This document shows, in pieces, positions 14,045 to 27,010 of a stretch of DNA of 64,000 bases. Position numbers and translations under genes: made by a program. This stretch comes from Octopus vulgaris (Eukaryota): positions 60,760,001 through 60,824,000 of the forward strand of contig OX597820.1 in assembly GCA_951406725.2 (NCBI GenBank), read 5' to 3'. Under the pieces are notes generated by a model. It worked only from the letters and a program-made list of their open reading frames with translations, was not told where the DNA came from and searched no databases. Within the stretch, counting starts at the first letter, position 1, and each line of letters opens with the position of its first letter.

Positions 14045-15230
14045 TGTTTTCAAATCCAGCTGCGGTCAGTTTTGATTTTCATCCTTCTGGCATCAATAAA
14101 ATAGAATATCAGCCAAGTACTGCGAATGATTTATATTTTTATACTAATTTCAAATTTAGGTGCCAGACCAGTGAATCTTCGGAAAAGGGTCAGTCGATTA
14201 AACCGGCTCCTGTACTTGACTGGTACTTCATTTTAACAACCGAGAAAGGGTTAAAGACAAAGTTAACACCGGAAGGATTTGAATCCAGAATAAAGAACCG
14301 GAACGAATACCGTAAGACGTTTTCTCTGATACTCTAATATGTTAATCTACCGGCCTTTATATTCCTAAAATACATTTTATACGTGAAAGGAATCATGATA
14401 GAAGACTCCCCGACCGCTTATTTTGATTCTCGTTTGAAACATTATTCACTCCGTTGCCAGACTAATGATTCTTAAAATTGCTGTTTCTTTTCTAAAAACT
14501 TTATTGCTTCATATCTTGTCCCTATACATTAAAAGATCATTATTTTATAGCTAATATGCATAATATGTTATATTCTATAACATTTTCCACTAAGAGAGCA
14601 GTTCGTCTGACAATGAAGGAACTTCTTATGGTAGTTCCTCAAACTGCTAGATATTGTGACCACATTTATCTCAAATCATAACCAATTGTCGTAATACTTG
14701 AAGAATACTCTGCACAATGTAACTCTAAATATACTTTTTGAATACAAGCATGTTTGGTTACATTTTGGAACGTCTTTGATCATGAGTTTTCTGAAGCTTA
14801 AAAACAACAACTTAAACAGTAATCTCTTTACAGCAAGCGGTGAACAAGCGTCAGAGACAAATGCTTTATGGCATTTGTTTACGCTCTGTGTTAGAATCCC
14901 GCTGAGGTCAGTTTTGCACTTCATGTTTTTGTTGTCGATTAAACGGAATACCTGTTAAGTACCGAGGCCGTTGAACCCGATTCACTTCAACCCATCAGAT
15001 TTGTTGGCCTGTTGCCTAAATTAGGAAATCTTAAAGGTGGGTAGCGGCACAATCATTTGAGCGTTGAAAGAAATGTCACGCAGTATTTATTACGGCTCTT
15101 TACGTTCTCAGTACAAATCATTCCGAGTTCAACATTACCTTTTATCCTTCTGGAGTCGATAAATTAGAGTACCAGTCAAAAAGAACAATGGTATCCACTA
15201 GACCCCATCCCTAAAAGTTGTATTTTGAGC
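14045..15230. mobile_element. Cluster of highly decayed family A SINE remnants (both strands)
   Basis: Degenerate matches to the core ttttcatcc...gataaa...gtaccag at ~14070, ~14220-14290 (minus), ~14910-14965 and ~15100-15180. Confidence 0.55.
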
Positions 15231-15310
15231 AAACGTATTAAAACGTAACGCTGTGGATGATACGGTTTTATCACCCTGTGTTCTCTCTCTTTCTCTTTTT
15301 TTTTCTGCAG

Positions 15311-15380
15311 GTCTCTTACCATACAAATAGAATATTTTGGAAAATGTAACGATATACCCTGTTCAGCACAAGGTAGAAAA
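15311..15380 (+). other. Candidate internal exon
   Basis: Strong acceptor (long pyrimidine tract ending ctgcag at 15310) and donors AG|GTAGAA (15372) or AA|GTAAGA (15380); one frame is open (SLTIQIEYFGKCNDIPCSAQGRK). Confidence 0.25.
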
Positions 15381-16044
15381 GTAAGACTCTTTATCGGACA
15401 TGCTTATTGTTGTTTTTATTCGTGCTTTAAAATGACTTGTTCTCCTGAGGTGAGAGGGACTAGCCATGAATGTGATAGCACAATGCATGACACGAAGAAG
15501 AAGAAAAAATGTGCAAATTTATATAAAATTTATATAAAAGACAAACAGAAAACGAAACGAACATCATCGAACAAAAAGAGAGTAAACATCAAACTTTCAC
15601 AAACGAAATGAATAAAGAATTAGTTAATGGTACTGAAAACAATGACGTAAGTTTTGCTAGTGTTGCTGGTCAAAGGGAGCCCTGATACATAGTCAGATAA
15701 CATAAAGAGAAAACGGTATAGAAACGATATAGGAAAGTACCTCCTTTCTTTTGGAAAGAAAAGGGAAAGTGTTATATGTATCTATTTTGTCATAAACGGA
15801 AGAAGCTTTGACATCAAAGCATCAGTTAAAAGAAACCCTGTTTGTTGTGTGGAGTGATGTCCCACTGAGATCTCAGCGGGACATTTGGTATTGTGCACTT
15901 GAACTTATGTCGAGAGTAGGTGACAGATGAATTTGGTGTACTACTCACTCACCTACAAGTTGGTACTGCAATGTATATAGTAGGATAAAAATGGCCGTTG
16001 TCAAAGAAATTCGTAATGGCTTAGACTTTTGACTCGTCTTTATA

Positions 16045-16094
<50 letters not shown>

Positions 16095-16168
16095 GCATAC
16101 ACGTACATACATACATACATACATACATACATACATACATACATACATACATACATACACTATAACTG

Positions 16169-16456
16169 GCTCTCCGTCGGTTACGACGACGAGGGTTTCA
16201 GTTGATACGATCAACAGAACGGCCTGCTCCGCAGACACGTGTACCCTTAACGTAGCTCTCAGGAAAATTTAGCCAGACAGAGTGTGACAAGGCTGGCCCT
16301 TTGAAATACTGGTACTAGTCATTTTTGCCAGCTGAGTGGACTGGACCAACGTGAAATAAAGTGTCTTGCGCAAGGACACAACGCGTCACCGGGAATTGAA
16401 CTTACGACCTTACGATCGTGAGCCAAATATCCTACCCACTAAACAATGCACTTTCA
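16169..16456 (-). mobile_element. SINE family C (internally deleted)
   Basis: Matches 12794-13118. Confidence 0.85.
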
Positions 16457-16466
16457 CACACACACA

Positions 16467-16538
<72 letters not shown>

Positions 16539-17339
16539 TGTATGTATGTATGTATGTATGTATGTATGTATGTATGTATGTATGTATGTATGTATGTATG
16601 TATGTTTGTTTCTATGTATGTATAGATGGATAGATAAATAGATAGACAGATAGGCAGACAGATAAACAAACAGACAGACAGACAGATAATTTGATATTTG
16701 TAATTCTTAACCTCTTTGTGGATGCAAAAGAAAAGCTCTTAGACTAAAGGTAGTTCAGAGAAGAGGAGCTAAAGCGAAGTTGACAGGGTAAGCAACGGAT
16801 AGTAGGAGACCCTGCAATAACAATATTAAACCTCACGAACGGCTGCTTTCGCAGCAGTTCCGAGAAGAGCCAAAAAACTCATCACAACTTTATAGCCAGA
16901 AACCGACATCCAGAAAGCTGTAAGGAATCCTTCCAGTTGCACCATTCCGTCATCGTAAAGCTATTCACAGTAAATGGATGATAGAAAGGGGTGGTAAATT
17001 GTCAAAGAACCAACGAAGAACTGAAGGGTTTACTTAACAAACTGACGGTAAGAATATGCTTTATATGTTATTGAAAAGGAGCTGGACTAAAATTTTGTGG
17101 AACGATAAACGGCCAATTCAATCCAAACGAACAGTTTCTGAATATCCAGGATTTAAGCTACACAGAAGGGCGCTTCTCATCCAAACCAACACCAAAGAAT
17201 TTGCCAATCACATTTGGGAGCACCGTTTTTGAAGGAATGAGAGTTCATGAGCAAGTCTACAGGGTACCTTAATCTTACTCAAAAATTACATGGGTAATTA
17301 TGTTTTATTTTGTGTTATTTATGTACCTATATGCTTTCC

Positions 17340-17428
<89 letters not shown>

Positions 17429-17775
17429 CATCTCTCTCTCTCTCTCTCTGTATATATATATATATATATGCAATAATTATAACGATAGAGAATATGGAAA
17501 CTGGTACAGCCTCAAAATTTACTTCCTTTTATTTTACAATGTCATATTTTTACGACGACCTACACATGTTTCCACTGCAAAGAGTATGAGGAGTTGCATA
17601 TCCAAGTAGTCATGGAAGTTAAATACCAATCGATACAGTTAGCCGTATCCTGGAACATAACTGAGAGCTACCACGGTATCCGTACGGATAATATATCCCT
17701 TAAAACTCTCTCTCTCTCTCTCTCTCTCGCACACACACGTATGTATGTATTTATGTATGAATGTTTGTATGTATG

Positions 17776-17809
<34 letters not shown>

Positions 17810-17811
17810 TG

Positions 17812-17845
<34 letters not shown>

Positions 17846-17846
17846 T

Positions 17847-18253
17847 GCGTGTCTCTTCTATTTTTTAATTATTATAAATCTTCCACGGAAGAGGGAGCCG
17901 GCTTCCAACAAAGATACAAGGCTCCATATTTGGGATGTAATTAACAGACAAATTCACATTTGGAACTTGAGAAAAGTCTTGCATATTTTTACTGTTCCAC
18001 TCACAGCTTGGACTTGTAACGTACGGATCAGCAAGTCAATTTCTCTTTCTGAAAATCCCAGTTTATCCAGATTCTCCTTTAAGCATTTACCTAGCAAAAC
18101 CCAATGCTCCAATTATTATTGGTATGAATATGAATTCATAGTCTGGATATAGAAGCTGGAGGTTTCGAAGCAGTTGTCCATAGATATCCTCTTTCTCCTT
18201 GATTTTCAAAGAGATATGTATATCTGCAGAGCAGCTAACCTCTATGATGGCAC

Positions 18254-18255
<2 letters not shown>
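17847..18255 (-). mobile_element. 5'-truncated non-LTR retrotransposon with restriction-like endonuclease (R4/Dong-like), C-terminus plus 3' UTR
   Basis: Minus-strand CAIIEVSCSADIHISLKIKEKEDIYGQLLRNLQLLYPDYEFIFIPIIIGALG, then after a 1-nt frameshift KCLKENLDKLGFSEREIDLLIRTLQVQAVSGTVKICKTFLKFQM* (stop at 17954). The E..K..Y and PIIIGALG motifs are typical of RLE elements. Confidence 0.85.
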
Positions 18256-18284
<29 letters not shown>

Positions 18285-18838
18285 TGTATGTATGTATGTA
18301 TGTATGTATGTATGTATGTATGTATGTATGTATGTATGTATGTATGTATGTATGTATGTATGTATGTATGTATGTATGTATGTATGTATGTATGTATGTA
18401 TGCATGTATGTATGTATGTATGTATGTATGTATGTATGTATGCATGCATGCATGTATGTATGTATGCATGTATGCATGTATGTATGTATGCATGTATGTA
18501 TTATGTATGTATGTATGTATGTATGTATGTATGTATGTATGTATGTATGTATGTATGCATGTATGTATGCATGTATGTATGTATGTATGTATGTATGTAT
18601 GTATGTATGCATGCATGCATGTATGTATGTATGTATGTATGTATGTATGTATGTATGTATGTATGTATGCATGTATGTATGTATGTATGCATGCATGCAT
18701 GCATGTATGTATGTATGCATGTATGCATGTATGTATGTATGCATGTATGTATTATGTATGTATGTATGTATGTATGTATGTATGTATGTATGTATGCATG
18801 CATGTATGTATGTATGTATGTATGTATGTATGTATGCA
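18256..18838. repeat. (TATG)n/(CATG) tetranucleotide array with internal ~250-bp higher-order duplication
   Basis: The same interruption pattern ending gcatgtatgtattatg occurs at ~18500 and ~18750. Confidence 0.9.
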
Positions 18839-19270
18839 TCTGTGTTTGTGTTTGTGTTTGTATGTGTTAGAAAGCGGAGTAAGTAAATTTGTTTGTTATA
18901 CGCACACATATACATTTACATGTTTGTGTAAGATTTAATGGGACTATTTCTCTCTGTAATTTAATTGTGTGTACATTCATTGAATCATCTGCATTGAACC
19001 ATTCTGATTATTTTCATTAGATGTGCTTATATAAATAAGCTCGTGTTACTGTTCTATTTTTTGTTAAGTATACATAAGAAAAGAAGACTGGTGGTCGTTG
19101 TTTTTTGTTATTGTCGTTGTTGTTCTGTTTTATATATTCATTAATATTTTTCAATGCCAACAATGAATTTCGGTTTGGGGGAGAAACAGGGTACGAAAGC
19201 TGAGAGGCTTATAAACAGCATAAATGGTATGAAGACAGAAAAAAAAAGTGAGAAAGGAAAAGAGAGAGAT

Positions 19271-19358
<88 letters not shown>

Positions 19359-19669
19359 AGAGTATAGATATATGAAGGTTCATATGAGGGAAATGAAATG
19401 AAGAGAAAGGAATATATAGACAAGATTTTCGTATGTGTCTGTGCCTGAGTTTGTGTGCGAATATATAGGTAAGTACATGTATGTATGTATGTATGTATGT
19501 ATGTATGTGTGTATGTATGTATGTATGTATGTATGTATGTATGTATGTATACATGCATGTATATGTATGTGTGTATGTATGAAAGTATGAATGTAGATAT
19601 AGATATATCTATCTATCTATACATACATACATACAAATATATATTTATATTTATATGTGTACGCATACA

Positions 19670-19746
<77 letters not shown>

Positions 19747-20532
19747 CATGCTTTTACATTAGTTTGCCGAAGCGTGAGTTGCTGCGGACTGAACCCTTAT
19801 CTGAGTTTTATATCTAAGCACATGCAATCTCCTCGCTCGCACTCACTCCTACTCTCAAGACACACATAAACGCACGCGTGCGCATTGCATACACACACGT
19901 AGACACACGCACACACACACATGTACATAAGTAAAGTTTGAGTAAGAAATACAGGTAGGTATATACTAGAGAAGAAAGAGAGAAAGAGAGAGAGAGGTGG
20001 GGAGATTTGACAGAGGCGTAAGAGAAGAAAATGAATTACTGGATGGAACAAAAGAGATATTCAACCGGTCGTAAATTGGTTTTTATCTTAACAGCGTAAG
20101 TAACTCCCATAATGATTTTAGCTATGTATACACAATTCTATTCACAGAATTGTGCGGTAAACCAAGCCTTAGTGTTTCTCAAATGATTGTTAACTTACAA
20201 ATAGTTTTTATTCCTCTTATTGTCCTTACGATTCAATCTTGTCAATAAGTACATGCCTCTCTGCTATTTCTCTTTAACATTATCGTATTTGTTTAAAACA
20301 TCTATTCGCTCGCTGTACTCTGCGGTATTATTGTCGTGAAGTGATTATAGTTGACGTCTAATCGATTCCCTCATTCGTATTCATTGATGTTTCCATTCTC
20401 TCAGTCAATTAGTACTGGACAACCCTTCGACGAGACATTTTATTCGGCTCCAAACAACTGTGTTTGAATTTATTCTACATCTGAAAGTCTTAAATTAGCC
20501 AAAAAAATACATACTGAAAATGACTTGCTTAC

Positions 20533-20780
<248 letters not shown>

Positions 20781-20797
20781 ATACACACACACACACA

Positions 20798-20849
<52 letters not shown>

Positions 20850-20871
20850 GTATGTGTAATATATATGTATA

Positions 20872-20929
<58 letters not shown>

Positions 20930-20976
20930 TATATATATATATATATACATATGTATGTATAATATATATGTATATG

Positions 20977-21014
<38 letters not shown>

Positions 21015-21072
21015 ATATATGCATATATACATACATATATGTACATACTTACATCTACATGTATATATACAA

Positions 21073-21118
<46 letters not shown>

Positions 21119-21363
21119 TGTATATATACATGTAGATGTAAGTATGTATATATGCATATATTTTATTTATTTATTATATTACTATATGACCGAACGCACG
21201 CGTTATTTCTATTTCTCTTCTCCAAGTTTTTATTTATATATATATATGAATATATATGTATGTATGTATATATTATATATATGTGTGCATATATATATGT
21301 GTGTGTGTGTGTGTGTATACATGTAAATATATATACATACACACATACACACATATACACGCA

Positions 21364-21402
<39 letters not shown>

Positions 21403-21664
21403 ATGTGTGTGTGTGTGCGTAAGTGTATAGAATAGAATTCAAGTAATCTGGGGATAGTTTGCCTTAACAAGACTTACGCACATACAGATAAACACACACA
21501 CACGTACACGCACATACTTATGTATATTATTATCAGAGGATAGTTACATTTATATCTTATGTGAATATGTACAATTCTTTATGTACGTGTGTGTGTTTGT
21601 GTGTGTGCATAAATACGTATATACACGCATATACAAACCCCCACATACACCCCCACACATTAGC

Positions 21665-21990
21665 ATGAGCGTATGTTAAGTTGCCATCCAAACGACGCGC
21701 TTTCTGGATTAGTCCTGTGCATGGCATATCGGCAAGTGCCCGCTGTTATAAGCAATTACATGGAATGACATGCGGCTTGTGAGTAAAGTTAGTTCACGGA
21801 AACGTTGTGGAAGCCTGTTGTACGATTGCGTATGTGCACGCGCGTGTTTTTTGCGTGTGCGCGTACTTACGTCGTGACGTTCGTGTTGACAACTCTCACG
21901 TCTTGACAACTGGTGTTTGTTTGTGTCTCTGTAATTTTGAAGCTCATCAAAAATAAATGGAGTAAGTAATAGAATTTGAAATTAAGACTG
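21665..21990 (+). mobile_element. Highly decayed SINE family B
   Basis: ggcaagtg...gcttgtgagt...cggaaac...gaagcctgttg...ttgacaactggtgtttgt are collinear with family B. Confidence 0.55.
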
Positions 21991-22669
21991 CAGGTTTATC
22001 TATACATGCATATATATGTATACATACACGAATTCATTCACATGTTCACAGATCCAAAGAGCTGTCTTGACTAATAAAATAAGAAAAAAATAAAGGAAGA
22101 GCCTAGTGGGGTTTTTTTTTTTTTTTTTTTTACTGACTGACTGACTTGAATTCTGCAAAAGAAAACGAAACCAATCTCAGAAGGGATCACACCGCCTCTA
22201 ACCCCTTGGTTAAATAGCTTTCTATCAATCGCACTATCAAAGAGTGTATTGCTTGAGATTTTTCTGTGCCTTATTCTATCAACTCCAAGGTTCAGTTTTA
22301 TCTCTAATCTCTTCCTTTTATGAACTAATTGCAGGTACTACCAGCAACCCCCACATAAAACGCTATTCCTCATCCTTCCCTAACATTTCCTAACAGTGCA
22401 TCATACACCTGCGACCAAATCCGCACTGATTCAAGGAGCAGAAAAGCATCCCTCGATATTGTATGCCATTTCTTGACTCTCTCAAAAACAAGAGAACACA
22501 AACGCTACTGAAATATATTTTAAAAAATATAACATAATCCCAATCTTCCTCAATTAATCATGAACCGCACACAAACGGAGCTTCTTGGTCGCACCAAGCG
22601 TTGGGAATCACTATAGTAGATTTCTCAGCGAAAGCACACTTTTAACATCGCAGGGATTGTATCCCATCG

Positions 22670-22787
22670 GCAGGTCCTTCTCTTCTTCTCTTCAGAGCCT
22701 GAAGATACTTTAACACCCAACAATTATTGATCCTCTTCAAAGTTAAGACGAGGCCTGGAATGGAGTATTGTTTTCACGCCTGGGAAG
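22670..22787 (+). pseudogene. CR1/Jockey-group LINE ORF2 remnant (region after RT); decay probably extends upstream to ~22200
   Basis: LLFRA*RYFNTQQLLILFKVKTRPGMEYCFHAW resembles the LYK..VRP.MEYCSH.W motif of CR1-like elements. Confidence 0.7.
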
Positions 22788-23311
22788 TTTGTAGTGAAGC
22801 GGACAGCTGTGGACACGTGTTTCTTCCTTAATAGACATCATCAGTTTCCGCACCTTGACACTACAACAGATATAAAAATCACACACACATACACACACAC
22901 GAACGCACGCATGCGTACAAACACACACGCACGCATACGTACACACATGCGCGCGCGCGTATATACACGTAACGGCATAAATAATAGACTTTACACATTT
23001 GTTTATGGAGCATCGTAGACATCCAGCTATTTCTGATATGCATTCTAGATGCGGTTGTAGATCAGCTTACACAATCGCGGATTGTGAAGACGATGATATT
23101 TGAAGTCGTTCAATTTTTTAAATAGATCAATCGATCGAGGAAAGAGAATTATGAAAGCATCTAAAACGCACATTATAAACAGACGAAGGTCTACGATCCA
23201 AAATAAATAAAAGTGTAAAAGCCCGCGGGATGCAACCATGAACTGGTGATTGACTTCGACTTCGGATCTTGCATCAGAGTTACCTGGACGAATTGTTAAT
23301 CCCTTACTAAT

Positions 23312-23396
<85 letters not shown>

Positions 23397-23419
23397 AGTA
23401 CGTGTGCGTGTATGTATTT

Positions 23420-23555
23420 CCTCGTGTTCCTTTCTGTTGAAGAGCGTAGGCTGGAAACGTAAAAGATTTTCTCACCTTCTCGAGCGTTAAACTAATACAC
23501 CTGACCGTTGTTTATACACCTGTCTTCGTCTTTTGTTTTTCTGTAAATTTAACTA
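23420..23555 (+). mobile_element. Short dispersed repeat (Penelope-like pLTR candidate) with minimal hammerhead-like motif
   Basis: cttt-CTGTTGA-a-gagc-gtag-gctg-GAAA-CG-TA-aaag; its tail is homologous to 34370-34478; ends in (TA)n. Confidence 0.55.
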
Positions 23556-23570
23556 TATATATATATACAT

Positions 23571-23630
<60 letters not shown>

Positions 23631-23764
23631 GTATGTAAGTATGTATATATATATATATGTGTGTGTGTATATATATTTATATATATAGAAAGCGAGAGAG
23701 GACGAAAGAGATAGATAGATTAGATATACATACACGTACATACATACACATACATCTATCTTTT

Positions 23765-23983
23765 ATATTTTTTATTTACTTCAATCATTTGACTGCGGCC
23801 ATGCTGAGGCACCACCTTGAAGAGACTTAGTCCAATAAGTCGAGCCCAGGACTTACTTTTTTAAACTGAAACTTATTCTATCTTTTGCAGAACCGCTCAG
23901 CTACGAGGACATAAACACACCAAAATCAATTCTCAAGCGGTGGTGGGAGACAACACCAATACAGACAGACAGACAGACAGACA

Positions 23984-24026
<43 letters not shown>

Positions 24027-24183
24027 TTGTTTATATTTGACGGCTTCTTACAGATTCCGTCTACCAAATCCACTTCCGAGGTTATAGTAGAAGTCACTTG
24101 GCCAAGGGATCACACAGTGGAACTGAACCCGAAATCATATGGTTCGGAAGCAAGCTTCTTACCACACAACCGCGCCTGCACCT
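23765..24183 (-). mobile_element. SINE family B (CORE-like, internal microsatellite), diverged
   Basis: Reverse complement of 31418-31968. Confidence 0.8.
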
Positions 24184-24984
24184 GTAATCTATATGTGTGT
24201 ATATTTTATGGGTTTGTATACTTGAATGCATTAAACAAAAACTGACACAAGGATTCGATACTGCCAGAAGCAAAATATTTTCGAAGGTTGACCGACTGGC
24301 AAACATGTCGGGGATAGACGATATCTGTTTGCCTGTAAGTTATTATCATTTTTAAGTCAATGGACATATAAAATTGCCGGCTTCGGAAACTTCTGGTGTA
24401 AATATCTTACAGTATTTTTGTTATGTATCACATTGAAATCAAGCTACAAAATGGTCTGCGTCCGAGTAGTCGTTATATAATAAGCTTAATTAAATCGATT
24501 ACACTCATCATCTATCTATTTTCTCTTTTTTTTCCCCTATACAAGAAATGATTAATTATTTAATGTTCTACTTCTATTCAACCGTCAGCCCTATCTATAT
24601 GCATATATGTTTAGCGCTCGGTGAGCCGTGCTATATAGGTTTTAATTAGCATTGTACAGCGTCAGTTACCTTTAAATGAAGGTTTGACACCCTAGAATTT
24701 TGACAAAAGATGACCTTTTTTCGTGTTTGTCTTTCATAATGACTTTAGAAGTTGTCCTAAGAAAGAGATGTGTTCCACTCACCCGATAACGCGACCCATT
24801 TTCGACCTTTGTTTATTTTTGTAATTGTTTTCCGTAATTATTTTTCTACGTTCAACCAAACAATATTCACAAAAAAAAGCATGTATATCACTATATATAA
24901 TTTCTTTTCTCTTAGAAAACGTAATTCAGTAGGCTTAAACCGCTGTTTACCCGAATGAAAGGTCATTAACACATTTCCTTTGAT

Positions 24985-25200
24985 AAGGCGGCGAGCTGGC
25001 AGAATTGTTAACGCGCAAGGCGAAACGCTTAGCGGTAATTCGTCTGTCTTTACGTTCTGAGTTCAAATTCCGCCGAGGTCGACTTTGCCTGTCATCCTTT
25101 CGGGGTCGATAAATTAAGTATCAGTTGCGTACTGGGGTCGATCTAATCGACTGGCCCCATCCCCCAAAATTTCGGGCCTTGTTCCTAGAGTAGAAAAGAA
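24985..25200 (+). mobile_element. SINE family A, full-length monomer
   Basis: tRNA-like head, conserved core gtcgactttgcc..catcctttcggggtcgataaattaagta; 17-bp TSD aacacatttcctttgat. Confidence 0.95.
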
Positions 25201-25550
25201 ACACATTTCCTTTGATTTTACGTTGTAAAATAAAACTGTAAAGAAATATAAAAAAAAAACAAAACAATCCTAATAAAATCTGTTCTGAATCGATTCGTAC
25301 AAATATAGACTTCAAACTTTACTGTAGTGTCTCCATTATATAGATCAGGCCTGGATAACCTCTTGCGACATTGCTCATTAACTGGCAGGCCGCATTACTA
25401 AAACATTTTCAAGATAATTTTTCGTTGGCATGCCCAGGTTGCAGTTTGCCTCTGACTAGTATTGATATTGTGAACATTTCAAATATTAGTATTTGAAATT
25501 ACTACTTGACAAAAAGAAAACATATATTACTGTTAATCATATATCACAAA

Positions 25551-25850
25551 GCGGAGGCACATGGCCTAGTGGTTAAAGCATCGGACTCGCGGTCGAGGGA
25601 TCGCGGGTTCGAATCTCAGACTAGGCGATGTGTGTGTTTATAAGCGAAACACCTAAACTTCACGCGGCTCCGGCAGAAGGTAATGGTGAACTTCTGCTGA
25701 CTCTTTCGCCACAACTTTCTCTCACTCTTTCCTCTTGCAGCTCACCTGCGACGGACCGGCGTCCCGCCCAGGTGGGGAACCTATACGCCAAGGAAACCGG
25801 GAAACCGGCCCTATGAGCCAGGTGTGGCTCGAGAAGGAGTAAACAACAAC
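25551..25850 (+). mobile_element. tRNA-derived SINE family D
   Basis: A box tggcctagtggttaaagc, B box ggttcgaatc; homologous head and ggaaaccgggaaac tail at 54781-55079; (AAC)n tail. Confidence 0.85.
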
Positions 25851-25875
25851 ATATATTAGGAAAATAAATACTATT

Positions 25876-26158
25876 ATTCTTTTCTGCACAAGGCTCGAAA
25901 TTTTGGGGCCAGTGGATTAGATGGACTGGTACTTAATTTATGGTACTTAATTTATCGACATCGAAAGGATAAAAGGCAAAGTCGACCACGGCGAAATTTG
26001 TACTCAGAACGTAAAGACAGACGAAACACCTATTTCTTTACTGCTCACAAGGGGCTACAAACAAGGACAGACAAACGGATTAAATCGAACGTAACGGCAG
26101 ACGAAGTACGGCTACGCATTTCGCCCGGCGTGCTAACGATTCTGCCAGCTCGCCGCCA
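25876..26158 (-). mobile_element. SINE family A dimer (partly deleted)
   Basis: Same dimer junction as 42241-42634 and 52875-53272. Confidence 0.85.
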
Positions 26159-26395
26159 TTGAAAGTAATACTATTATTGATTATCTCGTATTCTACTTGT
26201 TTTGCCTCTCTTTCTCTGATATAGCCAAACATTGCAACATGTATTACTATTTTGTGATTTATATACTTTTGCTTCAAAAACCAAGTTTCGTCTATCTCAC
26301 GATTCTTTCACACATATTGAACTATAAAGACATTGTTTAGCAACTGGACTCGGTACTTTCTTTCTATATTAAACTGTTGTTATTAAATAATGATT

Positions 26396-26671
26396 GCAGC
26401 GTGGAAGGTGTTTATAAACCATTCAAGAAACACACAAAATCGTTGGATTCACTTCAACATTCAAATTTGCACGAAGTTTTGTCAATGAACAGGTCGCGGT
26501 CTCAAAGCGACGAAAATATTTTGACAAATTAAATTTAAATGTTGAAGTGAATCCAACGGTTTTGTGTGTTTCTTAAATGGCTTATAAACACCTTCCACGT
26601 TGCAACAATTGTTTTCGTTCCAGCACACGATCTCAGATCAAGTCACTCGCTATGCAAGTACATCTCCGTAA
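26396..26671 (+). mobile_element. TSD-flanked element with 75-bp inverted repeat enclosing a hammerhead-like motif (Penelope-like pLTR candidate)
   Basis: Direct repeat tattaaataatgatt at 26381 and 26672; arms 26394-26468 and 26531-26605. Confidence 0.7.
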
Positions 26672-26964
26672 TATTAAATAATGATTTCTCATTTATTCAT
26701 TCATATTTTGATAATAATTCATCACCTATATAGTTATGGACCCAACTTTCTACTGTCATCATTATTGTCATCATGTTTATCGTCATCATCACCGTCGTCG
26801 TCATCATAATCATCATCATCATCATCATCACCATCATACTACTACTACTACTACAACAACCACCACCAACACCTTACATCATCGTAATCATCTCAATAAT
26901 TCTGTTTTCATAAGAACGGAACTTAATTTATATTTAGCATCTCCTGTTGAGTACTCCCTCTTTT

Positions 26965-27010
<46 letters not shown>

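Noticed and set aside
17550-17620. GAAACATGT with a nearby stem on the minus strand (hammerhead-like)
   Set aside because: No recognisable CUGANGA-type core, and the cleavage triplet is not NUH.
25551-25630. tRNA-like sequence with A and B boxes
   Set aside because: Head of SINE family D; it continues into SINE body and lacks a proper acceptor stem.
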